Part shown: one piece after another, positions 28,481 through 37,157 of the stretch | Numbering within the stretch: position 1 is the first letter of the stretch | How the letters are laid out: each line of letters starts with the position of its first letter | DNA from: an uncultured virus (IMG/VR IMGVR_UViG_3300030514_000006) | Lineage: Duplodnaviria; Heunggongvirae; Uroviricota; Caudoviricetes; Herelleviridae | Length of the DNA: 64,000 nucleotides | IMG/VR virus record: IMGVR_UViG_3300030514_000006 | Direction: 5' to 3' (one strand) | The notes under the pieces: model-generated | What the model was told of the DNA's origin: nothing | The model's input: only the letters and a program-made list of their open reading frames with translations | The model's database searches: none | Program-made: the position numbers and the translations under genes

Positions 28481-28517
28481 TATATTATAAATAAAAGCAC
28501 AATTAGGAGGGATATAC

Positions 28518-31142
28518 ATGGCGCTTAATGGCACTTTGTACACCGATGTTGCCTCTAACTACAGGCTATCGATTGAATGGTCAGCAACGCAGAGTACAAC
28601 AGGAAACTACAGTACCGTTACAGCTAAGATGTATTGGGAAGCTGACGGGTATGGATATGTAAACTCGGGTAACACAAAAGACGGAGCCATCGTCATTGAC
28701 GGTACAACGTACACGTTTAGCGGGGCAGGTTTAGCGGACTTAAACCCAAACCAAAAGAAATTAATCGCAACAAAATCTAAAACAGTTTATCACAATAGCG
28801 ATGGGTCGAAGTCATTTTCAATTAGTGGGTACTTTGACGCAGAGGTAACCCTTAGTAATAAGTACTATGGGAGAATCAACATTAGTTCTAAGAGCTACAC
28901 ACTTAATGACATTCCTCGTAAATCTACTTTATCGTCTAGTCCAAGCTTTACGTCAACAGAAAACTACAATCTGACTGTATCTCGTGCATCAAGTTCATTT
29001 AGTCACATCGCCTACATTGATGTACAGAACAGAGACGGAAGCTGGCAGTATATTAAGTCTATTGAGTTCTCAACTTCTGAGACTACTAAGTCTTCATCAT
29101 GGAACACTACAGATAACACTCGTGTGTTTACTGCACTAGATGGTCGTTCATCGGCTCCAATGCGTATTAACCTGAATACATACAACGGCTCTACTAACTT
29201 AGGGTACAACACGTACACAGGTACTGTGACAGCTTCTACAGCTTCTATCGGTTACCCTGTATACGGTGAAGCTGGGGCAGACAGCTACATGTATGTAGAT
29301 CAGACTATTGGTATTAGTATTGCTCGTGATAATCCAACATTTACGCATAAGACAGAGATTACACTAGGTTCTTATACGAAGACGTTAACAGATATTACAA
29401 CAGGGACTACGTGGACTCCAAGTGGTACGGAACAAACTTCATTGTACAACGCTATTGGTACAACTAGCTCAAGCTTAAAAGGTAGAGCAAGAACATATAC
29501 TTATTACAATGGGGTACAAGTTCGTTCGTACACTGACCGCGATATTACATTCTTTGTTCGGTCTAGCACAAATGCACCTACGTTTTCCGGTACTGGACTT
29601 ACTTACTCAGATGTGAATGCAGTTACTGCAGCTGTAACAGGAAATCCACTTTACATTATTCAGAATAAGTCATCGTTACGAGTTACGATTCCAAGCGGTT
29701 CAAAAGCTACAGGAAAAAACGGAGCTACAATTAAACAGTATTCTGTGACAATTAATGGTGTTGCCAAGACAGTATCAGACGCTTCAGGAAACTTAAATAT
29801 CGATTATGGTCTGGTTAACTCATCGAACAATGTTACAGCTTCAGTTCGAGCTATAGACAGTCGAGGGCTATCCACAACGGTTACACTTGTAGTTAAAATG
29901 ATACCTTACTCGGCTCCTGTAATGAACTACACTGTTAAACGTAGGAGCGGGTTTGAAGATACGATAGATTTAACCCTAACAGGAACGATCTCTCCAGTGA
30001 TTATTAACAGCAGTCAGATGAACGGGTTACAAGCAATTAGTGGTACCTCTTCAGCTCTACAGTATAGATACAGGGAGAATGTCTCTGGAGCTAGTTTTGT
30101 AAACTGGAAAGATTTTACGTTCTCTCCATCCGGGGCAGCTTACACAGCTACACCTACAACAGAAGTGCTGGACAATACAAAAGCGTATGTGTTCGAACTT
30201 CGTGTATCTGACAAGATCAGTACAGTTACGATTACAAAGAACGTTGCCTCAGGTAAACCGATTATGTTCATCGATGCAAATATGAAAACTGTGTCCGTGA
30301 ATAAGTTCCCGTCTAAACCTAATGGTTTTGAAACAGAAGGGGACATTAGAGCTACAGCTGGTTTAGAGTTATATAACAAACCTTATGTAACAGAGATTAC
30401 GTCAAGTCTACCTGCAACTCCGGGCTGGTATCGCATTGCTGCATCGGCTGTAGGTATAAACAATAATAACGCAGTGTTCGAAGTATTTGCGCCTGTATCC
30501 ACTTGCCATACCTTTGCAAGATTTGAAGCAGGAATTATGTGGGGACAAACAGCTGGAATTAGCTTATCTCAAACAAGTTACTCTAGTTTCGGAAGTCTAC
30601 CCGCTATCAGTAAAGCAAGGATTGTGTATCATACGTCTTATGGAGGTAACTACGCTTATCTAGAGGTGTATAATACACAGTCAAAAGCTGTAGCTATTAC
30701 AGTTAGAATGATTGGGGGAACAGGGTGGGGCTTAATTTCCCCCGTAGCAAGTAGTATCCCTTCAGGGTACACCACTAGTTCCGAGCTCGTTTTTAAGCCC
30801 GGGTTCAGCTATATTGGTCAAGACTTAATTTACCCTTCCCTTAGTAAGGGTACTAACTACGATACTAGTCCGGGAGGGTACGAGCGGGCATGTTATCAGA
30901 AAGACCCAACAACCCAAATCGTTACCCTCTATGGACTAGTAAAAGACCTAGCGTACACCGATGTTATTTTTCAACTTCCAGTAGGGTATCGTCCAGCAGA
31001 CCGACTTGTTTTCGATACTATTAACTCCGACTATACAAGGTCTGGTCGTATTGACATCTGGAATGGAGGCAACGTTACTGTAGAGGCTATCTCAGGTACA
31101 TGGATTAGTCTCTCAGGAATTTCATTCTATGCAGTAAAATAG
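28518..31142 (+). CDS. Tail fibre / receptor-binding protein (DUF859-like N-terminus)
   Basis: WSATQSTTGNYSTVT..IPRKS N-terminus as in siphovirus minor tail proteins; C-terminal IFQLPVGYRP..GRIDI..WISLSGISF head domain. Confidence 0.72.
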   Translation: MALNGTLYTDVASNYRLSIEWSATQSTTGNYSTVTAKMYWEADGYGYVNSGNTKDGAIVIDGTTYTFSGAGLADLNPNQKKLIATKSKTVYHNSDGSKSFSISGYFDAEVTLSNKYYGRINISSKSYTLNDIPRKSTLSSSPSFTSTENYNLTVSRASSSFSHIAYIDVQNRDGSWQYIKSIEFSTSETTKSSSWNTTDNTRVFTALDGRSSAPMRINLNTYNGSTNLGYNTYTGTVTASTASIGYPVYGEAGADSYMYVDQTIGISIARDNPTFTHKTEITLGSYTKTLTDITTGTTWTPSGTEQTSLYNAIGTTSSSLKGRARTYTYYNGVQVRSYTDRDITFFVRSSTNAPTFSGTGLTYSDVNAVTAAVTGNPLYIIQNKSSLRVTIPSGSKATGKNGATIKQYSVTINGVAKTVSDASGNLNIDYGLVNSSNNVTASVRAIDSRGLSTTVTLVVKMIPYSAPVMNYTVKRRSGFEDTIDLTLTGTISPVIINSSQMNGLQAISGTSSALQYRYRENVSGASFVNWKDFTFSPSGAAYTATPTTEVLDNTKAYVFELRVSDKISTVTITKNVASGKPIMFIDANMKTVSVNKFPSKPNGFETEGDIRATAGLELYNKPYVTEITSSLPATPGWYRIAASAVGINNNNAVFEVFAPVSTCHTFARFEAGIMWGQTAGISLSQTSYSSFGSLPAISKARIVYHTSYGGNYAYLEVYNTQSKAVAITVRMIGGTGWGLISPVASSIPSGYTTSSELVFKPGFSYIGQDLIYPSLSKGTNYDTSPGGYERACYQKDPTTQIVTLYGLVKDLAYTDVIFQLPVGYRPADRLVFDTINSDYTRSGRIDIWNGGNVTVEAISGTWISLSGISFYAVK

Positions 31143-31156
31143 AAAGGGGGGTTACC

Positions 31157-31759
31157 ATGTTAAAACAGTATTACCATGTAGACGATGATGGCTACATTAT
31201 AGAGACCTATGTTTGTGACGATGCTGATGTCCCACCTATGTACTTCGAGGGGTGGGAAGGAGCTATTGAAAAACCTAGATGGAACTTTGAGACCGGTCAG
31301 TGGGAAGAATCTAGACCACTTGAGGAGCGTCTTCAGGAGGCTAAGAAAAGAAAGTTCGCAGAACTAGACACAGCCTGTTCAGCAGCTATTCTAGGGTACT
31401 TTACAGCTCCTGTAAACGGAGTAGATTACGAGTTTAGTTTTGACTACGAAGCCCAGTCTAACTTTATTGGTACTATGACCTTGTTTACTCAAGGGCTAAT
31501 TAGTGAAATCGAATGGACTGCATGGAAAGACGGTAAGCCTAACCGAATAAAAATCAGTAAAGAGGACTTTTTAAACGTTGCTATGCTAGGTTACAGACAT
31601 AAAGACGATAAAGTAACAAAGCTTAGAAATGTTTTAGAAGCTCAAATAAACGCATGCCAGACAGTCGAAGAACTTAAAAATATACGTTGGGAGGAATCTG
31701 AAGTAGTCTCACCAGTAGAGCCTCCCGAGTCTACAGAACCTCCAATGGAGACTGAATAA
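31157..31759 (+). CDS. Tail fibre assembly-type protein (DUF4376-like)
   Basis: PRWNFETGQWEE, AKKRKFAEL..AILGYF and INACQTVEELKNIRW. Confidence 0.65.
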   Translation: MLKQYYHVDDDGYIIETYVCDDADVPPMYFEGWEGAIEKPRWNFETGQWEESRPLEERLQEAKKRKFAELDTACSAAILGYFTAPVNGVDYEFSFDYEAQSNFIGTMTLFTQGLISEIEWTAWKDGKPNRIKISKEDFLNVAMLGYRHKDDKVTKLRNVLEAQINACQTVEELKNIRWEESEVVSPVEPPESTEPPMETE

Positions 31760-31826
31760 TCGCTAGGCGGGGGAATCGGAGGAACCTGTGAACAGCTAAC
31801 ACACTAACGGGAAGGGAGAGGACAGT

Positions 31827-32306
31827 GTGATAAATATTGAACCGGGAGATATTATTTTCTACAGACCTACTAATTTAATTGGATGGACAATTAGTAAACT
31901 GACTAGGTCAGAATACAGTCATGTAGCATTAGCAATCGATGCTTACAATATAGTAGAGGCGGACAAGTTCATTAAGTCCAGAGTATCAAACCTCTACTAT
32001 GTTGATAAGATTAACAGCGTATATAGGTTAAATGGAGTCACAGAAGACCAAAGACATATGATCGTAAACAACGCTCTTACAATGGTGGGTATGCGTTATG
32101 ATTATAAACAGATACTAGGGTTGTTTTTGAGACTATCTTTCCATAAAGAATTATCTACTTTCAACACAGCTAACAAATATATCTGTTCTGAAATTGTGGA
32201 CAACTCTTTTGTGATGTCGGATGTCCCTAGAAAGGACATGAGGAACCTAGGAGACATTTCTCCTCAGGAACTGTTTGAAAAATACGATCTAATACGAGTT
32301 TACTAG
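31827..32306 (+). CDS. Permuted papain-like amidase (YiiX/YaeF-type NlpC/P60)
   Basis: PGDIIF..SHVAL..YDY..YICSEIV; His precedes Cys, the permuted order. Confidence 0.8.
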   Translation: MINIEPGDIIFYRPTNLIGWTISKLTRSEYSHVALAIDAYNIVEADKFIKSRVSNLYYVDKINSVYRLNGVTEDQRHMIVNNALTMVGMRYDYKQILGLFLRLSFHKELSTFNTANKYICSEIVDNSFVMSDVPRKDMRNLGDISPQELFEKYDLIRVY

Positions 32307-32361
32307 GCGGGGCAGTGAACCCCGCCTTTTCCTATATTATAACAGAGGAGAGTGATACGAT

Positions 32362-33135
32362 ATGCCAATGGCAGACGGAGTTAATTCATTACAAAAAATT
32401 GCATTCCAAGTAGGTGGTAAACTGTTCCGCTTTGCAATTAACCCAGATAGTATGCAACAGTCCCGTCCTCACCGATCTACGGTTATTAAAACAAAGAGCC
32501 GTGTAGTTATAGAAGACTTCGGAGCAGACGTACCAACTGTTACAATTAGTGGAACAACAGGTTACAATCCTACAGGTGCTGCAGCAGACCGAGGAGTCCG
32601 AAAGATTGCAGAGCTAAAACAGTTTCTAAAAGATTATGAGGATGCAGGAGGAAACGGGGATAAATCTAAAGAAGACTTTTATTTCCATGACTTCACTAAC
32701 AGTGAGTACTTTGTAGTTCATCTATCGTCTGAAGGGGTTACCTATAGTCAGGATGTTAACTCACCTTTAACTCACCGATATGAAATTAAATTTGTTATCC
32801 TCCGTAATGCAGGAGACCCGCCAGATGACGAAGTAGTTTCTCCAGAGATCGGAAATAGATTTCCTACACTACCTAACGGTTCTGGCGGCTTAGGTGGAAT
32901 AGGCGGAATAGGTTCTGGAAACAGTGGAGTAGGTTCCGGTGTCAAGGACAGCACAGGTAAAAAAGATGACGATAAACCTTATGACCCTTCTTCAGGAAAC
33001 GATAATATTTACAATAAAGGAACAACAGACCAAGGTTACGACATGACACCAATCAACCCACAGTCCCCTTCTCCTTCATCCTACTCATATGGAACGACAG
33101 GATTAGGTTATGCAATTGGTTATTACGGTCGATGA
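32362..33135 (+). CDS. Baseplate hub / tail tube initiator-type protein
   Basis: 257 aa; FRFAINP..TISGTTG; late promoter at 32330; synteny. Confidence 0.65.
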   Translation: MPMADGVNSLQKIAFQVGGKLFRFAINPDSMQQSRPHRSTVIKTKSRVVIEDFGADVPTVTISGTTGYNPTGAAADRGVRKIAELKQFLKDYEDAGGNGDKSKEDFYFHDFTNSEYFVVHLSSEGVTYSQDVNSPLTHRYEIKFVILRNAGDPPDDEVVSPEIGNRFPTLPNGSGGLGGIGGIGSGNSGVGSGVKDSTGKKDDDKPYDPSSGNDNIYNKGTTDQGYDMTPINPQSPSPSSYSYGTTGLGYAIGYYGR

Positions 33136-33149
33136 AAGGAGAATCTATA

Positions 33150-33668
33150 ATGGCTTACTCAGCAGAATTAGTTCGATTCGTCTCAAGCATTCCTATTTTA
33201 AATGATGGGACAATCCCTACGAACTCTATTGATAGCGGAAGTACTTTTGTTTCTACACTATACGACCCTACGTACTCTCTATCAGTAGTAGCTCGATTAA
33301 CTCAGGACTTAATAAAAAATGATAAAATAGAGTTAGTGAGTACAGAAACGGATTCTACAACAATTGTTCACCGAGCTCTAAACAGTGATCTATCATCTTA
33401 TACACCTACAATCTATTTGCTTCTTAAGTCGGTTGTTTTGGAGTCCTTCTCTATATTATATATGATGGACAATGCGCCTGTAAATCTTCAGTATGTATCT
33501 GCAAAAGATATCAGACGGATTAGACAGAACGTTAACTTTATCGCAGACTACTTTAGCTCTGAGCCAAAGTACTACCATATGATTGAAAACATGAGAGATA
33601 TAAACATCTCCTTCGGTTATATCGAAAACCAGATTGATGTTATTATGAAAGAAAGGGGAGTCCGTTAA
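33150..33668 (+). CDS. Baseplate-associated protein
   Basis: AAAGGAG RBS before ATG 33150; synteny. Confidence 0.6.
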   Translation: MAYSAELVRFVSSIPILNDGTIPTNSIDSGSTFVSTLYDPTYSLSVVARLTQDLIKNDKIELVSTETDSTTIVHRALNSDLSSYTPTIYLLLKSVVLESFSILYMMDNAPVNLQYVSAKDIRRIRQNVNFIADYFSSEPKYYHMIENMRDINISFGYIENQIDVIMKERGVR

Positions 33669-34409
33669 ATGAGTAGATTCGTTCAGCACATTGTCAAAGA
33701 TGGAGATACGTTACAGGGTATCGCTCAGCAGCGCTTAGGGGACATGACACAGTGGGTAGCTCTAGCTGAATTTAACGGGCTACGCTACCCTTATATTGTT
33801 GATACAGTGGAAGAGAAGATGGAGAACCCAGACCACCTTGCAACAATAGGGGACACGATCTTAATTAAAGTAGCTAACGATACAGAATCAAACCTCATTC
33901 AGGAATTAAAACGTGCTACAGAGTATGACCAAGAAGAGCTATATGCTCTAGCCTTAGGTAAGGACTTAGACATTCTTCCTTTACCTGTAGGTATGGGAGA
34001 CCCGGGAAGAGACGCTGAAATTTTTGAAATGAAAGGGAGTAAACGAGGAGAGTTAGCTACAGTACGTGGACTGGAAAACTTAAAGCAATCTTTATACATT
34101 CGACTAATCACACCAAAAGGGAGTTATGTGGGGCACCCTCTATATGGGTCTAACTTACATAGATACCTAGGAATGAAAAATACAGAAGAGAATGCAGCAC
34201 TTATCGATCTAGAGATTGAGCGTACACTTAAGACAGATAGCCGCGTAACCTTCTGTGAAATGACTTCTCGTAAGCTTTCAGGGAACACATATACAGCAGC
34301 TTTCAGTGTTTCTACGATTACCCTTGAGCAAGCATTTGAATTTGTTATTTCTGCTCGACAAGACGGTTTAGTTGTACTAGAAAATAATTTTAATGACGCA
34401 AGAGTCTGA
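33669..34409 (+). CDS. Baseplate wedge protein (LysM plus gp25-like)
   Basis: HIVKDGDTLQGIAQ LysM motif; GLENLKQSLYIRLITPKGSYVGHPLYGS gp25-like motif. Confidence 0.82.
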   Translation: MSRFVQHIVKDGDTLQGIAQQRLGDMTQWVALAEFNGLRYPYIVDTVEEKMENPDHLATIGDTILIKVANDTESNLIQELKRATEYDQEELYALALGKDLDILPLPVGMGDPGRDAEIFEMKGSKRGELATVRGLENLKQSLYIRLITPKGSYVGHPLYGSNLHRYLGMKNTEENAALIDLEIERTLKTDSRVTFCEMTSRKLSGNTYTAAFSVSTITLEQAFEFVISARQDGLVVLENNFNDARV

Positions 34410-34422
34410 GAGGAGGTACACC

Positions 34423-35469
34423 ATGCGATTTAAACGTATGTCTGAAATTTATTCACGATTAGTAGACTACACAATTACGAATACAAATGAGGTAAATGAT
34501 TTCTCTGTAGGTAGTGCCATGAGAGCAATCTACGAAGCTATCTCTATGGAGCTAGAACAGTTTTATGTACTAACCCGTGAGAATATGGTAGAAGCTATCG
34601 AACAGGGTGTCTACTCTTCATTTAACTTTACTAGAAAGCAATCTGTCAAAGCCTATGGAGTCGTGCAAATTGCTTTCCATAGTCCAACACAAAATGACAT
34701 CATTCTGTCCCGGGGCTCTCGTTTCACTTCTAGCTTACCAGACTACGCTCTCTTCTATGAGACACGAGTAGACTACAGAATCCCTAAAGGGTCTATCCTA
34801 GCTGAATTTGAAGTATACTGTTTGGCTCCCGGAAGTGTAGGAAACCTTCCTGCCAATGTTATTGATATTATGCAGTCACCGATTGCTAATACTCGTTCAG
34901 TGACAAACCCGGCTGCTTTTCAAACTGGACAAGACCAAGAGCCCTTAGAGGAACAGAGAGCTCGATTTAGCTCGTATATTAAGTCCCTAAGCAAAGCTAC
35001 TAAAGATGCAATAGAATACGGTACACGAACTGTAGACGAGGTTGCAGGGGTACATGTGGAAGAGGAAACAGGACGAGTAAATGTTTACGCCCATGACCGT
35101 AATGGGAACCTACCAGATTCTGTTAAAACAAAGATCGAGCTAGCTTTAGAGGACTACCGAGCAGCAGGAATCCCTGTACGAGTATTCCCGGTTACAAGAC
35201 GAGCAGTAGATGTAACAGTTACAGTAACGCTTAAAAATAAGGCAGCTATCACAGAGGTGTTCAGAAAGCGTATCGAGAATGAGATTACTCGTTACCTAAA
35301 CAATATGCAAACTTCTCAAAGCCTTATCTTAGTGGAGCTTATCAGTATCATTAAATATATTGACAGACAGCTAATCTATGACGTTAGCTTTTCAAACCTA
35401 AGCAGTAACATTGAGCTCCAAGGCTCCGAAGTTATTCGAGCAGGTACTGTACAGGTTACCCTAAACTAG
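34423..35469 (+). CDS. Baseplate J-like protein
   Basis: DFSVGSAMRAIYEA, GSVGNLPAN, VTNPAAFQTGQDQE..RARF and YRAAGI. Confidence 0.88.
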   Translation: MRFKRMSEIYSRLVDYTITNTNEVNDFSVGSAMRAIYEAISMELEQFYVLTRENMVEAIEQGVYSSFNFTRKQSVKAYGVVQIAFHSPTQNDIILSRGSRFTSSLPDYALFYETRVDYRIPKGSILAEFEVYCLAPGSVGNLPANVIDIMQSPIANTRSVTNPAAFQTGQDQEPLEEQRARFSSYIKSLSKATKDAIEYGTRTVDEVAGVHVEEETGRVNVYAHDRNGNLPDSVKTKIELALEDYRAAGIPVRVFPVTRRAVDVTVTVTLKNKAAITEVFRKRIENEITRYLNNMQTSQSLILVELISIIKYIDRQLIYDVSFSNLSSNIELQGSEVIRAGTVQVTLN

Positions 35470-35485
35470 AAAGGAGGTATACCTT

Positions 35486-37123
35486 ATGTCATTTTTAAAA
35501 CATCTACTCCCTGCATGGAAGCGCGGGATAGAGGACAAACGGAGAGCCAATGCAGCTATCCTTGCAGCACTAGACAGAGAACTTAAGGATAGTGAAACAG
35601 AAGCTATTAAGGGGAAGTTGCTCCTTGCCCTAGATACTTCTTCTGGGGAATGGCTAGACCAATATGGCAGAATATTTGGACTACTTCGTAGAGACAGTGA
35701 AGAAGATGACGCTTACAGAAGCCGTATTGTTAGCTATGTTAAGCTACGAAGAGGAACTATCCCAGCGATTAAGGCAGCCATTCAGGACTTCTTGCAGGAC
35801 TATGATAGCTACATTGAAATCTACGAGCCTTACAAAAATGTATTTACACTAAACAAGTCTAAGCTTAATGGGGCTGACCACTTACTAGGTAAATACTACA
35901 CAGTGGCTGTAATTGATATTAGAATCTCTCGACCTTTCCCTATAGGTTTGGTGGATGTTATTAATGAGTTTAAACCTGCAGGGGTATCTTTTCGACTAAC
36001 CTACCGTCCAAGTTCTCATAATCCTAATGCAGAGATCGTAGAGTTACCTCCAGCCAATAGCGAGATTATGCCATCTATCACTCACTTAACTATCTCAAAT
36101 GGTATGAGCGATCGTATTAGAGGACACATAAACCTAACAGCGTCATCTCGTACAGATGACTCTAGCGGATTGTTTAAACTAAACAGTAGTAAATTGAACT
36201 CCTCAGAACGGTTAGCCGGGTCGTTATCTGCTGCACAGTCTACGTATAATCTAGCTACCTTTTCTACACAAGACCTACTGTTTTCGGAGGATACAAAGAT
36301 AGAAGACGTGTTAACTAATAGTGAGCCTATGTCTTCTGACTTTTACACAAAGACAGGTAGAGTGGATTCCCAGTATGCTGTACAGACGTTATACACAGGA
36401 GCTAACAGCTTCTTGTATTTTACGATGGACGTTGCAACTTACTTTAATCTTAAATACAGTAAGTACCTTCGTCAAGTAGCTCCTAGCGGCTTGTACACAA
36501 AAGAGACTTATGCAGAGTTAATGGATGGCTCCTATGTTCAGTATAAGCTAAATGCAGTACTTTCATCTGAGGTAAACTGTGTACTACAAGCCTTTGACTT
36601 AGAGCAAGGAGAATGGGTGGATTTACATAGCGACTCGGTAGGTATCCGTTATATTAATAATATCGTATCTATTGATAGTGTTGTAAACTACTTGTCAGAT
36701 AACGGGCTTATGTTCATCCGATTTAAGTTCCCTAATTCAGACCAAGATGCAGAACAGATCACGTACCAAGCTTCCGAGTTTACTAGTGAAGATTATGAGC
36801 TTGTACTAAGTGGTGGGAACTTTACAGACGCAGAGAGTGAAGAAGTTATTAGCGGAAACTACGAAAATGTAGGGGAAGCATTCGATATTCGATTAGACTT
36901 CTTTGAACTAGGGTTCTCTAAAACTGTGGCTCGTGACTTTGCAGCAGGAGACTACATTACATCGATAACAGGTGTAAGCACTATTATAGATAGATCAGTA
37001 ACGTATACAACGTACAGCGGTGTTGAGTCCTCTGGTGAAGCCTACGAGTTCGTATTAGACGGGGGTACACCTGAAGATCATACGTATACAGAAGTAATTG
37101 ACGGAAACTATAAGGAGTTCTAA
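35486..37123 (+). CDS. Baseplate wedge (P2 gpI-like N-domain) with an acidic C-terminal extension
   Basis: SGEWLDQYGRIFGLLRRDSEEDDAYRSRI..RGTIPAI and INEFKPAGV. Confidence 0.75.
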   Translation: MSFLKHLLPAWKRGIEDKRRANAAILAALDRELKDSETEAIKGKLLLALDTSSGEWLDQYGRIFGLLRRDSEEDDAYRSRIVSYVKLRRGTIPAIKAAIQDFLQDYDSYIEIYEPYKNVFTLNKSKLNGADHLLGKYYTVAVIDIRISRPFPIGLVDVINEFKPAGVSFRLTYRPSSHNPNAEIVELPPANSEIMPSITHLTISNGMSDRIRGHINLTASSRTDDSSGLFKLNSSKLNSSERLAGSLSAAQSTYNLATFSTQDLLFSEDTKIEDVLTNSEPMSSDFYTKTGRVDSQYAVQTLYTGANSFLYFTMDVATYFNLKYSKYLRQVAPSGLYTKETYAELMDGSYVQYKLNAVLSSEVNCVLQAFDLEQGEWVDLHSDSVGIRYINNIVSIDSVVNYLSDNGLMFIRFKFPNSDQDAEQITYQASEFTSEDYELVLSGGNFTDAESEEVISGNYENVGEAFDIRLDFFELGFSKTVARDFAAGDYITSITGVSTIIDRSVTYTTYSGVESSGEAYEFVLDGGTPEDHTYTEVIDGNYKEF

Positions 37124-37157
37124 TGAGCTCCTTCCTATATGAATGGGGGTAGACTAA

